Shown: positions 1-9,652 of the stretch, in pieces
How the letters are laid out: the number at the start of each line of letters is the position of its first letter
How positions within the stretch are numbered: the stretch's first letter is position 1
Origin: a virus
DNA length: 64,000 nucleotides
Virus record (IMG/VR): IMGVR_UViG_3300037852_000046
Coordinates: 15,074 to 79,073 of that record
Reading direction: 5' to 3' (one strand)
Made by a program: the position numbers and the translations under genes
Notes under the pieces: generated by a model
What the model saw: the letters and a program-made list of their open reading frames with translations, nothing else
Databases searched by the model: none
Told to the model about the DNA's origin: nothing

Positions 1-579
1 ACGAATAGCATGTACGGGCTCGGATCCTCGGCCGCCGGCGCGGGCGTCGCGAATCAGGCGCTCGGCAACTTTAATATCGACTGGCAGAATCAGCAGCTTC
101 AGCGTCAGATTCAGGGTTTAGGCGCGGCGGGGCAAGCCTACGGGCAGGCTGGCGCACTCGGGCAGGCCGGGGGGCAAGCCACGCTTCAGGGCGGTCAATT
201 GCCGTATCAGACCGCGCAGAGCCTCGCCGCAGTGCCCGGACAGCTTGGCGGCGCGTATGGGCAGTTCCTGCAAAGCAACGTGTACGGACCGGCGCAGGGG
301 TTCCAGTCGCAGGCGATTCCGTATATGAATTACGGACAGGGGGCGCAGGCCGTACCTTACCAGAATGCGCAGCAAGGCGCGGGAGCGGCCGGCGCACTGA
401 TATCACAGGGTATCCAGGGCTTGGGCAGCAATCCGCAAGTCCAAAGCGGACTTGGAAGCCTGTTCGGCGGGAATAGCGCTAGCGGGTCTTTCAGCGGCGG
501 CGACTTCTCCGGTGCGTTCTCATCCAATCCGTACTATGGCGGTGGCGGTAACAGCTACGGCTTCACCATGGGGTATTGA
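1..579 (+). CDS. Ejection (DNA injection/pilot) protein 1, 5' truncated
   Basis: G/Q/A-rich; homolog of 39545-40588. Confidence 0.65.
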   Translation, partial: TNSMYGLGSSAAGAGVANQALGNFNIDWQNQQLQRQIQGLGAAGQAYGQAGALGQAGGQATLQGGQLPYQTAQSLAAVPGQLGGAYGQFLQSNVYGPAQGFQSQAIPYMNYGQGAQAVPYQNAQQGAGAAGALISQGIQGLGSNPQVQSGLGSLFGGNSASGSFSGGDFSGAFSSNPYYGGGGNSYGFTMGY

Positions 580-581
580 TC

Positions 582-2141
582 ATGGCCGGACTTGGGGGAC
601 TTCCCTACTTCATTCAGTACCAGGGGCAGTTGCAGGAACAGGCAGCAGCGAAGCAGCAACAGCAGATGCAGCTTATGCAGTTCCAGCAGCAGCAGCAGGA
701 CCGCCAGCGGCAACAGGCCGCAATGGCGGCGGCCGGCAACGCACTCCCTCAACTGGTGCAACCGCCTCCGCAGGCGATGCAGCAGCCCGCGCCGCAACCT
801 CCGGCACCCGGTCAGGCATCACAACCGATGCAGCAGGCCGGCGGAGGCGTTCCGTTGCCCCAAGGCCCGGTTCCCGGCCAGGTGTTGCGTCCGCCATTGC
901 TTCCGGGCGGCGCGCAGGGCGCTATGTCCCCGCAGGGCATTCCGCCTTTCCGTCCGATGCCTAGCGCGCCGCCCCCGCAACAGGCGCAACCGGCAGGGAT
1001 TCCCGCGCCCCCGCAACAGGCACCGCAAGCCGCGCCACCCCAGCAAGACCAGATGGAAGGCGGCTTCTCGCTCTCGAACATCATCCAGTCGGGGCAGAAG
1101 CAAGGGCTCTCCGGTTCGGATCTGTACGACTACGTGCAGACCATGGAACCGTACATGACCGCGCAGCAAAAGGCGAAAGCGGAGCAATTCAAGACACAAC
1201 TCGAACTGAAGAAGCTCGATGCGGAAATTGCTTTGCATACGCAGGCTGCTCAAAACCAGAACCTGTCTTTTCAGGAACGCGAGCGACACGATCGGGCGCT
1301 TGAGGATCTGGCATCGCGCCGTATCGGTATCGCGCAGGGCAATCTGAACATCCGGATTCAGGCAGCAGGAGGCGGAGCGGGGTCCGCCCCTGTGGCCGAC
1401 CTGACACCGGACACGCAGGGTAATTTGCCTGCCCCGAAAGCGGTCGGCGGCTATTCGAGTGAAGCAATCAAGGCCTTGGGTGAAGACTTCGCGCAGCGGG
1501 GTTCCGCTGCATTCACAGGTATGGGGCGCGGGAAGAGCGAGGCAGCGGTACGCGCCGAGGCGATCAACTACGGCACTGCGGTAAATGCGCAGAAGGGCGG
1601 GAACGTTGCAACCAACCGCATCCAGTACGCGGCGGATACGGCCGGCGCACGCTCGAACGCGGTACAAGCCGCCAAGGTGGACGCGGCGGCGAACGCGCTT
1701 GTGCAGAAGGGCGGGATTGGCGACCAGTTGCAGGAGGCGACGGACGCATTGGAGCGAACAGGAATTCCAGTCGCCAATCAGGTGCAGATGGAAGCGCTCC
1801 GGCGTACGTTCGATCCGCGCGTCGCGGCTTACGACGCGGCACAAAATGGCGTGGTATCGGAAGCCGCGCAGATCCTCGGACGCGGCACGCTTACCGTGAA
1901 CTCGATGGAAGAAGCGCGGCGCGTAGTAAGCCAGTGGCATACTTCCGAACAGACGCGGGCAGGCCTTGCGCAGCTTAAACGTGAAGCCGCGACCACGGTT
2001 AGGGCGTCTTCGGAAGAGGTAGCGAAGTCCGCGCGCACGCCGAAAGGTCAACCGGGTGTACAGGCAGGCAATGCGCCTGAAACAAAGACGATCGGCAACA
2101 AGACATATGTAAAACACGGTTCTGACTGGTACGAGCAATGA
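582..2141 (+). CDS. Ejection protein 2
   Basis: Q/P-rich N-terminus, helical body; homolog of 40597-42144; P22-like gene order. Confidence 0.65.
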   Translation: MAGLGGLPYFIQYQGQLQEQAAAKQQQQMQLMQFQQQQQDRQRQQAAMAAAGNALPQLVQPPPQAMQQPAPQPPAPGQASQPMQQAGGGVPLPQGPVPGQVLRPPLLPGGAQGAMSPQGIPPFRPMPSAPPPQQAQPAGIPAPPQQAPQAAPPQQDQMEGGFSLSNIIQSGQKQGLSGSDLYDYVQTMEPYMTAQQKAKAEQFKTQLELKKLDAEIALHTQAAQNQNLSFQERERHDRALEDLASRRIGIAQGNLNIRIQAAGGGAGSAPVADLTPDTQGNLPAPKAVGGYSSEAIKALGEDFAQRGSAAFTGMGRGKSEAAVRAEAINYGTAVNAQKGGNVATNRIQYAADTAGARSNAVQAAKVDAAANALVQKGGIGDQLQEATDALERTGIPVANQVQMEALRRTFDPRVAAYDAAQNGVVSEAAQILGRGTLTVNSMEEARRVVSQWHTSEQTRAGLAQLKREAATTVRASSEEVAKSARTPKGQPGVQAGNAPETKTIGNKTYVKHGSDWYEQ

Positions 2142-3685
2142 AACTGGTAACCGATCCGGCGCTCCTGGCGCAATTGAATGGCGGTGGCGGTGACTCCTCA
2201 TCCGGAGGGAAAGTCACTGATCCGGCTTTGCTCGCGCAACTTAACAACCCGGCAACCGGTCTGGAGAAACTTCCGCCGGCCGCTGGCGCTCCGCAGAATC
2301 CTGTGTACGTCGCGCCGCCCTCTGAAAGCATCGGGCAGCGCATCAAAGGCAGTGCGGAGGCTGGAGCGGCGTTGGCAACGGGTGCGCTCGGCGGCGCTGC
2401 CGGCCAGTTGTATGGGCTCGGCAAGACACTTACCGGCGGCAAGTACGGCACGCCGCAGGGCGCGGCGGAAGGCGAGGCAGCGGGCGTCAATCTCGCGAAC
2501 AAGCTTACCTACCAGCCGCGTACGCAAACCGGACAGGCGATCACGCAGGGCGTTGGTAAGGCGCTTTCCCCTTTGCAGGCGCTGCCGGCGGACGCCGGTT
2601 TACTCGGTCGGATTGGTGAAGTACCGCGCGGTGTACTGGCGGGCGAAGAGGCAGCCGGCGCGGCGGGGCGCGTGGTCGGCAAAGGCGCAGCAACCGCTGC
2701 CGCGAAGGCGTTACCCGCCATAGATGAGGAAACCCGACAACTCGCGCAGCAGGCTCATCAGATGGGTTTTCGCCTGACTCCGGAACAGGTGGTAGGCGGC
2801 AAGTACAGCAAGATTGCTGGCGAAAGCCTGGCCTCTGTTCCGCTATCGGGCAGCAATGCGGAATTCAATAAAGGCGTATTCCTTCGCAACCTGTCAGAGC
2901 AGGCAGGCATAGAAGGCGGAAAGCCGACGCGTAAAGCCTTCGGGCAGGCGACGAAAAAAGTGGGCAAGGAGATTGGAGCGCTTAATCAGAAGTACGATGT
3001 ACCTATCGACCGTTCTGCAACGCAGGCTTTTAAGTCGAACGCTAACGGTCAGTTGCCGGAAGTGCAGAGCGTCGTCAACTACTACTCTGATCTGATCTCG
3101 AAGAGTGCCAAGGGCGGCGTGCTTCCGGGCAGCACTTTCCGGAAGATCAATACGAAACTTAACACTCAGATCAAGCAGACTTCGAATGGTGATCTGAAGT
3201 ACGCACTTAGCAATTTGCAGGACGATCTTCTGGAGCTTCAGCAAAAGCAGATGAGCCCTGAAGATAACGCGCGCCTCAACACTTTGCGACGGCAATATGC
3301 GATACAGCGCACGATAGAGCCGCTTGCAGCGAAGAGTCCTACAGGCGACATCCCGCCGTCGGCGCTACTCGGGGCGCTTACTGCCACAAAGACGGGGAAG
3401 TCTTTCGTCGCGCGTAACGCGGCCGGCGATCTCGGCAATCTGGCGGACATCGGCGCACGCTTTTTGAAAGAGCCGAAGTCTTCGGGAACCGCAGAACGCC
3501 GATTGCTGCAAGGTATCCCTCCTGCACTTGCCAGTGCGGCCGGCGCGGGTGCGGGCGTCGCCGGAGGGGCTGGCGCTCTTCCTGCCATTTTGGGGGGCGT
3601 GGGCGCTACGTACGGCGCGGCTAATCTGTACAATCGCGCAGGGCCGGCTATAACACGTGCATTGATCGACAGACCGCCTCAATGA
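2138..3685 (+). CDS. Ejection protein 3
   Basis: A/G-rich; N-terminal duplicated VTDPALLAQLN; last of the trio. Confidence 0.65.
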   Translation: MKLVTDPALLAQLNGGGGDSSSGGKVTDPALLAQLNNPATGLEKLPPAAGAPQNPVYVAPPSESIGQRIKGSAEAGAALATGALGGAAGQLYGLGKTLTGGKYGTPQGAAEGEAAGVNLANKLTYQPRTQTGQAITQGVGKALSPLQALPADAGLLGRIGEVPRGVLAGEEAAGAAGRVVGKGAATAAAKALPAIDEETRQLAQQAHQMGFRLTPEQVVGGKYSKIAGESLASVPLSGSNAEFNKGVFLRNLSEQAGIEGGKPTRKAFGQATKKVGKEIGALNQKYDVPIDRSATQAFKSNANGQLPEVQSVVNYYSDLISKSAKGGVLPGSTFRKINTKLNTQIKQTSNGDLKYALSNLQDDLLELQQKQMSPEDNARLNTLRRQYAIQRTIEPLAAKSPTGDIPPSALLGALTATKTGKSFVARNAAGDLGNLADIGARFLKEPKSSGTAERRLLQGIPPALASAAGAGAGVAGGAGALPAILGGVGATYGAANLYNRAGPAITRALIDRPPQ

Positions 3686-3822
3686 TGTTCGTGTGCGGCG
3701 GCAAGGAACATTCCGACGAACATCCCGAACACAATCGCAGGAACGAAACCTATATGCGTGCAGATGAAGAAGAAGCCGCCGATAAGTGCGCAGCCCCAAA
3801 GGAATTCAAGTAAGCCTTTCAT
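3679..3822 (-). CDS. 47-aa hydrophobic membrane protein, candidate superinfection exclusion
   Basis: MKGLLEFLWGCALIGGFFFICTHIGFVPAIVFGMFVGMFLAAAHEHH; GGAGA RBS and own promoter; convergent on ejection gene. Confidence 0.55.
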   Translation of the reverse strand: MKGLLEFLWGCALIGGFFFICTHIGFVPAIVFGMFVGMFLAAAHEHH

Positions 3823-3847
3823 GGTGATCTCCCAGGTTGTTACGGCC

Positions 3848-3866
3848 ACTATAGCAAATGCGAAAT
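3848..3866 (-). promoter_or_regulatory. Extended -10 promoter with GCATTTGC operator
   Basis: GCATTTGC-TATAGT on minus strand; syntenic with 44278-44306. Confidence 0.6.
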
Positions 3867-5208
3867 GAAAATACTAGTCATCGATGTGGGTAGCAATGCG
3901 CTCGACCTCTGCATGCGCTGGCAGCATCAGGGCCATGAGGTGAAGTGGTACGACAAACCGCGTCCCGATGGGACGGACCGCCATGCCGGAGAGGGAATCG
4001 TGGAGAAGATCCGCGATTTCAACGACCTGAGAAAGAAGTGGATCGGGTGGGCGGACCTCATCTATACCCCTGACAACGTTTCCTACCTCGATCTGCTCGA
4101 ACCGTATCGCAGGATCGGTTACCCTATCTTTGGATGCAACCTTGCCGGTGTTGAGTGGGAGCTCGACCGCGAAGTCGGCCAGAAGGTCATGGCCGACTGC
4201 GGCATGCCGATCATTCCGGGCAAGACGTTTCATGACTACGATTCAGCGATCGCTTACGTAAAGAAGGAGGGTAAAGCGTTCGTCTCCAAGCCGTCCGGTG
4301 ACGGCGAGCGTGCAATGTCCTACGTCGCGAATAACGCGGCGGATATGGTCTACATGCTGGAGCGCTGGAAGAAGATTCCGAAGTACGTGAAAGCGGCCAA
4401 GGAAGAAGGGTTTATTCTCCAGACCAAGATAGACGGGATGGAAATGGCAGTCGGCGGATGGTTTGGCTCGGCGGGCTGGAGCCGTGCCGGGTGGGTGGAG
4501 AACTTCGAGAACAAGAAGCTCATGAATGGCGATCTCGGAGTCAACACCGGCGAAATGGGCACGACGGTTCGCGTCGTCAAGAAATCCCGGCTGGCGGATA
4601 TGGCCCTGAAGCCAGCGACAGATCACCTCCACCGCATCGGGTATGTGGGCTACGTCGACGTGAATTGCATGATAACGCACGATGGAACCCCCTACCCTCT
4701 TGAGTGGACGATGCGCGACGGCTGGCCGATCCGCCACAACCTGACTGCGTTGATCGAAGGCGACCAAGCGCAGTGGATGCTCGATCTGGTAAACGGTAAG
4801 GACTCACTTAAAATCAAGACCGACACCGTGTGTATCTCTGTCCTGATGGCGCTTCCTGATTTCCCGTACTCGAAGATCACGAACAAGGAACTCTGCGGAA
4901 TTCCGATTTACAATGCGGAAGACATGGATCACCTTCACTTTTCCGAAGTCATGATCGGCAACGCGCCGCGCGAGATTAACGGGAAGGTGGTTGATCTTCC
5001 GGGACCGGTTACCGCCGGGGATTACGTTCTGGTTGCCACGGGTACGGGGCAGTCCATAACAGGTGCGCGGCGCAGTGCTTACAGCGCCCTGAAAAAGGTA
5101 AAGATACCCAATAGCCCGTTTTACAGGACGGACATTGGCGCAGGACGGTTGAAGAAGCAGTTGCCGGAACTTCAGGCTCTTGGCTTTGCGACGGGTCTTT
5201 CTTACTAG
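3865..5208 (+). CDS. PurD (GAR synthetase)-like ATP-grasp ligase
   Basis: ENKKLMNGDLGVNTGEMG, GYVDVNC, PLEWTMRDGWP, YRTDIG motifs. Confidence 0.85.
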   Translation: MKILVIDVGSNALDLCMRWQHQGHEVKWYDKPRPDGTDRHAGEGIVEKIRDFNDLRKKWIGWADLIYTPDNVSYLDLLEPYRRIGYPIFGCNLAGVEWELDREVGQKVMADCGMPIIPGKTFHDYDSAIAYVKKEGKAFVSKPSGDGERAMSYVANNAADMVYMLERWKKIPKYVKAAKEEGFILQTKIDGMEMAVGGWFGSAGWSRAGWVENFENKKLMNGDLGVNTGEMGTTVRVVKKSRLADMALKPATDHLHRIGYVGYVDVNCMITHDGTPYPLEWTMRDGWPIRHNLTALIEGDQAQWMLDLVNGKDSLKIKTDTVCISVLMALPDFPYSKITNKELCGIPIYNAEDMDHLHFSEVMIGNAPREINGKVVDLPGPVTAGDYVLVATGTGQSITGARRSAYSALKKVKIPNSPFYRTDIGAGRLKKQLPELQALGFATGLSY

Positions 5209-5216
5209 GAGTCATT

Positions 5217-5366
5217 ATGCCGCTCAAAAAAGGTAAGTCGAAAGATACGGTTTCGTCCAACATAAAGACCGAGATGAAACACGGCAAGCCGCAAAAGCAG
5301 GCCGTGGCTATCGCTCTGAATCAGGCTCGCAAGTCGGGCGCGCACATTCCGAAGAGGAAGAAGTGA
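5217..5366 (+). CDS. 49-aa Lys-rich phage protein
   Basis: MPLKKGKSK...KPQKQAVAIAL; AGGAG RBS; conserved at 46181-46330. Confidence 0.75.
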   Translation: MPLKKGKSKDTVSSNIKTEMKHGKPQKQAVAIALNQARKSGAHIPKRKK

Positions 5367-5896
5367 CTAGTCGCGCACGAAAGAATGGTCTGATCAGCGA
5401 GCAGTCAATAAAGGCGGCGATCAGTGAAGCAAAGGGTGACCTCTTCCTCGCTTCGTGCGCCCTTGACTGTACGGCACGTGAACTCGACGGATATATCCGT
5501 CGCTCCGTCGAGTTGCAGCACTTCATAACTGCTGTTGAACAGGTCAAGATCGATCCTGCCTACTCGCGTCTGAGCGTCGAGCAGTTTGAGAATCAGCTCG
5601 CCGATCAAACGCGCGCGCTCCGGATAGAAGGACTCAACGAAATCCATAAGCTCGCGACGATGGAATTCGGTGATAGTGCTGCCCTTGCGAAGGTCAAGCT
5701 CGATGCGGCGCTCGCCCTTCGCGGTGGAGTGCAGGGTAGTGTCTCCAATAGTGAGACAGAGTCGGCGCTGGCCGAATTGAACCATCTGTATCATCAAAAT
5801 GCTCCTCGTATCAAAGAGATTCGCCAGACTGTTCTAGTGCTTCGGGACGAACGCGATATCACACCAAATCTAACCCTGGATTCCGACAAAGTTTAG
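5363..5896 (+). CDS. HTH protein, possible small terminase or late regulator
   Basis: Fis-like N-terminal HTH pattern; nearly identical in B. Confidence 0.45.
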   Translation: MTSRARKNGLISEQSIKAAISEAKGDLFLASCALDCTARELDGYIRRSVELQHFITAVEQVKIDPAYSRLSVEQFENQLADQTRALRIEGLNEIHKLATMEFGDSAALAKVKLDAALALRGGVQGSVSNSETESALAELNHLYHQNAPRIKEIRQTVLVLRDERDITPNLTLDSDKV

Positions 5897-6446
5897 CCAC
5901 TTCAACGAGCCATTTTGCTAACGAAGTCGGGGTATGTTCTCGCTCTGCTTTCGTGACCTCTGGGCGGTATTGAGGATGCCCTTTGGGAAAGCGGTGCGCC
6001 CCGATAACATGTGTTGGCGGAACCAATGACATCGACCACGTGGGCAAGTTCTCGGGTTCGCAACCCGCGATGTAAAGAAGCGTCTGTTTTTCGGCTTTAT
6101 GCCCAAACCAGCTTTGATGGATGAGAATCGAAAAACCGCCGAACTCATCGCGTAATCCTGGCTTGGGCAGGTTGTACTCAGGCCACAAGCGGGATGCGCG
6201 CGGGTGCTCTAGCACCCCGCCATATTCCCGGATGCGGTCAACCGCCCACATTGCTAATTCACGCTCCCCCAGTCTAGGATTCGCCATGTGACTTAACGCG
6301 CCCCACGCGCGACAAGGCGGATGCGCAACGATAGGCGCTCCACCTTGCCACTTAAGGGCGTCGCGCTCTGTATCCCATACGTCACAGTCGGGCATCGTCT
6401 TGTAGATGCTATCCGCGCGCGCAAACAGAACGACTACTGATGACAA
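5859..6446 (-). CDS. Divergent C5-cytosine DNA methyltransferase-like protein (A only)
   Basis: VVVLFA (motif I-like), HPPC (IV), VLEHP (VI), FGHKAEKQT (VIII-like); TTG start with GGAGG. Confidence 0.6.
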   Translation of the reverse strand: MSSVVVLFARADSIYKTMPDCDVWDTERDALKWQGGAPIVAHPPCRAWGALSHMANPRLGERELAMWAVDRIREYGGVLEHPRASRLWPEYNLPKPGLRDEFGGFSILIHQSWFGHKAEKQTLLYIAGCEPENLPTWSMSLVPPTHVIGAHRFPKGHPQYRPEVTKAEREHTPTSLAKWLVEVAKLCRNPGLDLV

Positions 6447-7237
6447 GGCAGATCCTCCACAAGTAATCGAACAGAAGACATATCCCTGAGCGCGTCTTCC
6501 CGGCCGCGCTCCAGTGCTTTCCATTCGGGTGTTTCCGCCGGGTAGTGCTGGATCTTCTTCAACTGGATGTAGCCGAAACGCGCCATCTCTTCAACCCAGT
6601 TCCTGTAACCTGCCTTGGTGATTTCCTTGCGCGGGTACTCCTTACTTTCCAGCCAGTCCCAAACCGGGATGAACTCTTCACGCTCCGGGGCCAGGCGTTT
6701 CTTGATATGCCAGAATTCCACCGGCCGAAGTGCGGTCTTCATGAACTGCACGTTGACGACCGGAACGCCAAGTTCGTTCGCCAGTTCGCTGTTCGACATG
6801 CGCTGGCCGCCGCACACGCTCCACAGGTCTTGCAGGAAGGGCACAGGAGGGAAGCGGAGGTCTACCGTCTCATCATGCTGCGCCCAACTCACGGGGCGCG
6901 GCACGACCCCGTACGCCGCGTTACGCTGGCAGCATGCCTCTATCCGCTTCATCTGGTATGGGCACTCGACCATTAGCGTTACATCGGGCGCAAGCTCGAT
7001 CGCAGGGCGGGGGTCCTGCTCGATCAGCACGCCCCCTGTCTCCTTCCACATCGTTACCTGTCGTTCGGTCGCCGGAATCCAGCTTGCGTACTGGTGAATC
7101 GGGAGATCATCGAGCGTGGAGCTATTAAACAGCGTCGGCTTCACGAGCGAGTACCCCCGGTTCAGGATCACATGCGTGAACTGGTCATAGGCGACGTGAA
7201 TCGACCTTGACAGATCGTCGGTTGCGTAGAGCTTCAT
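6434..7237 (-). CDS. Conserved hypothetical protein
   Basis: 267 aa; highly similar to 46775-47608. Confidence 0.75.
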   Translation of the reverse strand: MKLYATDDLSRSIHVAYDQFTHVILNRGYSLVKPTLFNSSTLDDLPIHQYASWIPATERQVTMWKETGGVLIEQDPRPAIELAPDVTLMVECPYQMKRIEACCQRNAAYGVVPRPVSWAQHDETVDLRFPPVPFLQDLWSVCGGQRMSNSELANELGVPVVNVQFMKTALRPVEFWHIKKRLAPEREEFIPVWDWLESKEYPRKEITKAGYRNWVEEMARFGYIQLKKIQHYPAETPEWKALERGREDALRDMSSVRLLVEDLPCHQ

Positions 7238-7623
7238 ATGTCGTGAAGTCCCCCTTGGACCTCCTGCAAACCCAAAGCGCGGCGCGCTGCCTGCCGTACC
7301 TCAAACGATACTGCGTGTCCGAGATCCTGCGGATCGAGCAGACGGCGCGCGAATGCGGCGAGATCCAGTACGGCCTTCGTATCGTTGCGTAGGGGGGCGT
7401 ACAGGTTGGCGTGCAGTTCAGGACCGGATGCCGTACGGTTGGTCATTGCTTCGTGCTGTGCGGCCTGCTCTTTAAGGCGTGCATTTACGGAAGCGACATC
7501 GGTTTTCAAGGAAGCTGGATAGTGAACAAGCTTTTCGAGTTGCGTGATCCTCGCTTGATGCTCGTTGACGCGCGTAGTAGTGGCCTTTATCAATTCATAG
7601 ATCAAGTCAATATGCTCTTTCAT
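7234..7623 (-). CDS. Hypothetical protein
   Basis: C-terminal FARRLLDPQDLGHAV conserved in B. Confidence 0.7.
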   Translation of the reverse strand: MKEHIDLIYELIKATTTRVNEHQARITQLEKLVHYPASLKTDVASVNARLKEQAAQHEAMTNRTASGPELHANLYAPLRNDTKAVLDLAAFARRLLDPQDLGHAVSFEVRQAARRALGLQEVQGGLHDI

Positions 7624-8990
7624 TTTCGCCTCTTCATAGCCTGCATAAGAATGTCCTGCACTGAGCGCTTGCTTTCAAGCCGCTCCAGTACGTCGAAGTC
7701 CACTGTGTCATTCGCCAGTATGAAGTGGATGAATACCGGCCTGTCGTGCCCCGCCTGCATCTGCCTGGTCGGGCCTATCCGCTCGATTATCTGCTGATGC
7801 TCTTCGAGGTTCCAGTTGACGGAGAAAAAGACCAGTATGTTCCCTCCGTCCTGTAAATTGAGGCCATGGCCAGCACTAGCAGGATGAGCAAACAGAACCG
7901 GTATTTTCCCCGCGTTCCAAGCTCTAATAGTTTCTGGATCGGAATCAAGCACGCGGCCACGAGGAAAAGCGGCGCGCAGGCGATGCAGATCATGCTTAAA
8001 ATGATATGCCACCAGAACAGGCGCACCGCCGGCCTCTTCGATAATGTCGTCAAGTGCCGCAATCTTGGCATCATGAACCTCTGTCCAGTTTCGTTGCTCA
8101 TCGGTATAAATCGCGCCGTTTGCCAGCTGGAGGCACTTCTGTGTCTTGCTGGCCGCATTCAGCGCTTCGACTTCTGTCGGCCCCAGACGCCCCTCCAGTT
8201 CCAGGAACATCTTCTTCTCCATGTCCCGGTATTGCTGCCGCGCCTTGTAAGGCAGATCCACTACTATCCTGTTCGTGATTGGCTCTGAGAGATTGAAGTA
8301 GTCCTTCACATCCAGTGACAAGCACACGTCGGAGATGAGCTGCTGTATCTCCCGCTGCGCTGTATCCAACGGTTCCAGGCCATACCCGTCGTAAGTGGAA
8401 CGGAACCAGCGTTGTGAAAACGCTGAAAAAGATTTCCCAAGTCGCTGGCCCCCATCCACGAACCACATCGGCCCCCATAAATCTTTTAGCCCATTCGGTG
8501 CAGGCGTACCTGTCAGACCAATCCATCTATCCACCTTTCGATGTGCGACTTCCGCAAGCGCCTTGGCGCGCTTCGTACCCTGGCGCGTGCGAAAGCCTTT
8601 GAGTTTCGTTACTTCATCCGCGACGATAGTTTTAAACGGCCACGGGCGGGGATTGTACTTAAACCACTCTACGAGCCACGGTACGTTTTCGTAGTTGATA
8701 GTAAAGATGGCGGAATCCTCGCGAAGCGCCATAGCCCGTTGCTCCGCTGTACCGACGACAGGCGTGACTGGCAAATCGAGATCCCACTTCTTGACTTCGT
8801 CAGGCCACGTACTTTGCGCAACCCGGAGAGGCGCAAGGACCAACGTCGGGCCTTGATCGACCAGCGCTGTAGCTTCGATGGCTCGAAGGGTGCTGATCGT
8901 TTTGCCAAGACCCATTGGTACGAAGGCATTGCATCTCTCCTTTTCCAGAATGTGAGCGATGATCAGTTGTTGGTAGGGACGAAGTTTCAT
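7620..8990 (-). CDS. SNF2-family helicase
   Basis: LRPYQ, MGLGKT, ADE, LTGTP, GHGLNLQ motifs. Confidence 0.92.
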   Translation of the reverse strand: MKLRPYQQLIIAHILEKERCNAFVPMGLGKTISTLRAIEATALVDQGPTLVLAPLRVAQSTWPDEVKKWDLDLPVTPVVGTAEQRAMALREDSAIFTINYENVPWLVEWFKYNPRPWPFKTIVADEVTKLKGFRTRQGTKRAKALAEVAHRKVDRWIGLTGTPAPNGLKDLWGPMWFVDGGQRLGKSFSAFSQRWFRSTYDGYGLEPLDTAQREIQQLISDVCLSLDVKDYFNLSEPITNRIVVDLPYKARQQYRDMEKKMFLELEGRLGPTEVEALNAASKTQKCLQLANGAIYTDEQRNWTEVHDAKIAALDDIIEEAGGAPVLVAYHFKHDLHRLRAAFPRGRVLDSDPETIRAWNAGKIPVLFAHPASAGHGLNLQDGGNILVFFSVNWNLEEHQQIIERIGPTRQMQAGHDRPVFIHFILANDTVDFDVLERLESKRSVQDILMQAMKRRK

Positions 8991-9066
8991 CGCGGACGCA
9001 CGGCCCATCCGCAGGCGAAGGCCAGAATCGCGATACCCCAGCACAAAAGCACCATTGGCAGACCGC

Positions 9067-9342
9067 TCATTTCGTCACCTTTTCAATAAAGTAATCGACA
9101 CCTTCCTTGCTGTCGATTGTGAATACGTGCGCGCCGACGGTACGAAGCTTCGCATGCTCGCGAACCTGGCCGGGGCGCAGGAACTTGCCGGGTGCTTTCA
9201 ATTCCACGAAGTACACCCGACCGTCGAGAACAACAATGCGATCAGGTACGTCCTTGTGGCCGGGGGAAGTGAACTTGCGTTGCTCGCCGCCGATTTCCTT
9301 AACCCGACGAATGAGATACTGTTCGACTTCGCGCTCTTTCAT
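9067..9342 (-). CDS. VRR-NUC nuclease
   Basis: VPDRIV...FVELKAPG PD-(D/E)xK motif. Confidence 0.9.
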   Translation of the reverse strand: MKEREVEQYLIRRVKEIGGEQRKFTSPGHKDVPDRIVVLDGRVYFVELKAPGKFLRPGQVREHAKLRTVGAHVFTIDSKEGVDYFIEKVTK

Positions 9343-9518
9343 CCGCGCCACCCAATCAGCAAACCGTAAACAACTCCGAGCGCGATCACGCCGAGCGCCA
9401 CAGAGAGAATGTCCTTTCGCACGCGACGATACTCGACATTCAACCCGTGATAAGGCCCAAACGCCTCATTGAGCGTGCGGGGCGTAGCGCGATAGTGTGT
9501 CCTGTCTTTGGGGAACAT
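9339..9518 (-). CDS. 59-aa protein with C-terminal TM helix
   Basis: TPRTLNEAFGPY; GAAGGAG RBS; conserved at 49670-49849. Confidence 0.7.
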   Translation of the reverse strand: MFPKDRTHYRATPRTLNEAFGPYHGLNVEYRRVRKDILSVALGVIALGVVYGLLIGWRG

Positions 9519-9623
9519 GTTTGCTCCTTCGTTGTTAAGGGTGCGCTGGCCAGACCTTTTACCTCTTGAGTCCCCTGACTAGCCGAATGTGGACGGTAGC
9601 TGTTACCCGCAGCGCACGACTTC

Positions 9624-9652
9624 ACTATAGCAATTGCTATAGGAAATGTCAA
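9624..9652 (-). promoter_or_regulatory. sigma70 promoter overlapping perfect 18-bp palindrome CTATAGCAATTGCTATAG
   Basis: TTGACA-N17-TATAGT. Confidence 0.85.

Noticed and set aside
3865-5208. Host purD marking a chromosome boundary
   Set aside because: Present at the same position inside both phages, lacks the PurD N-terminal motif and has no pur neighbours
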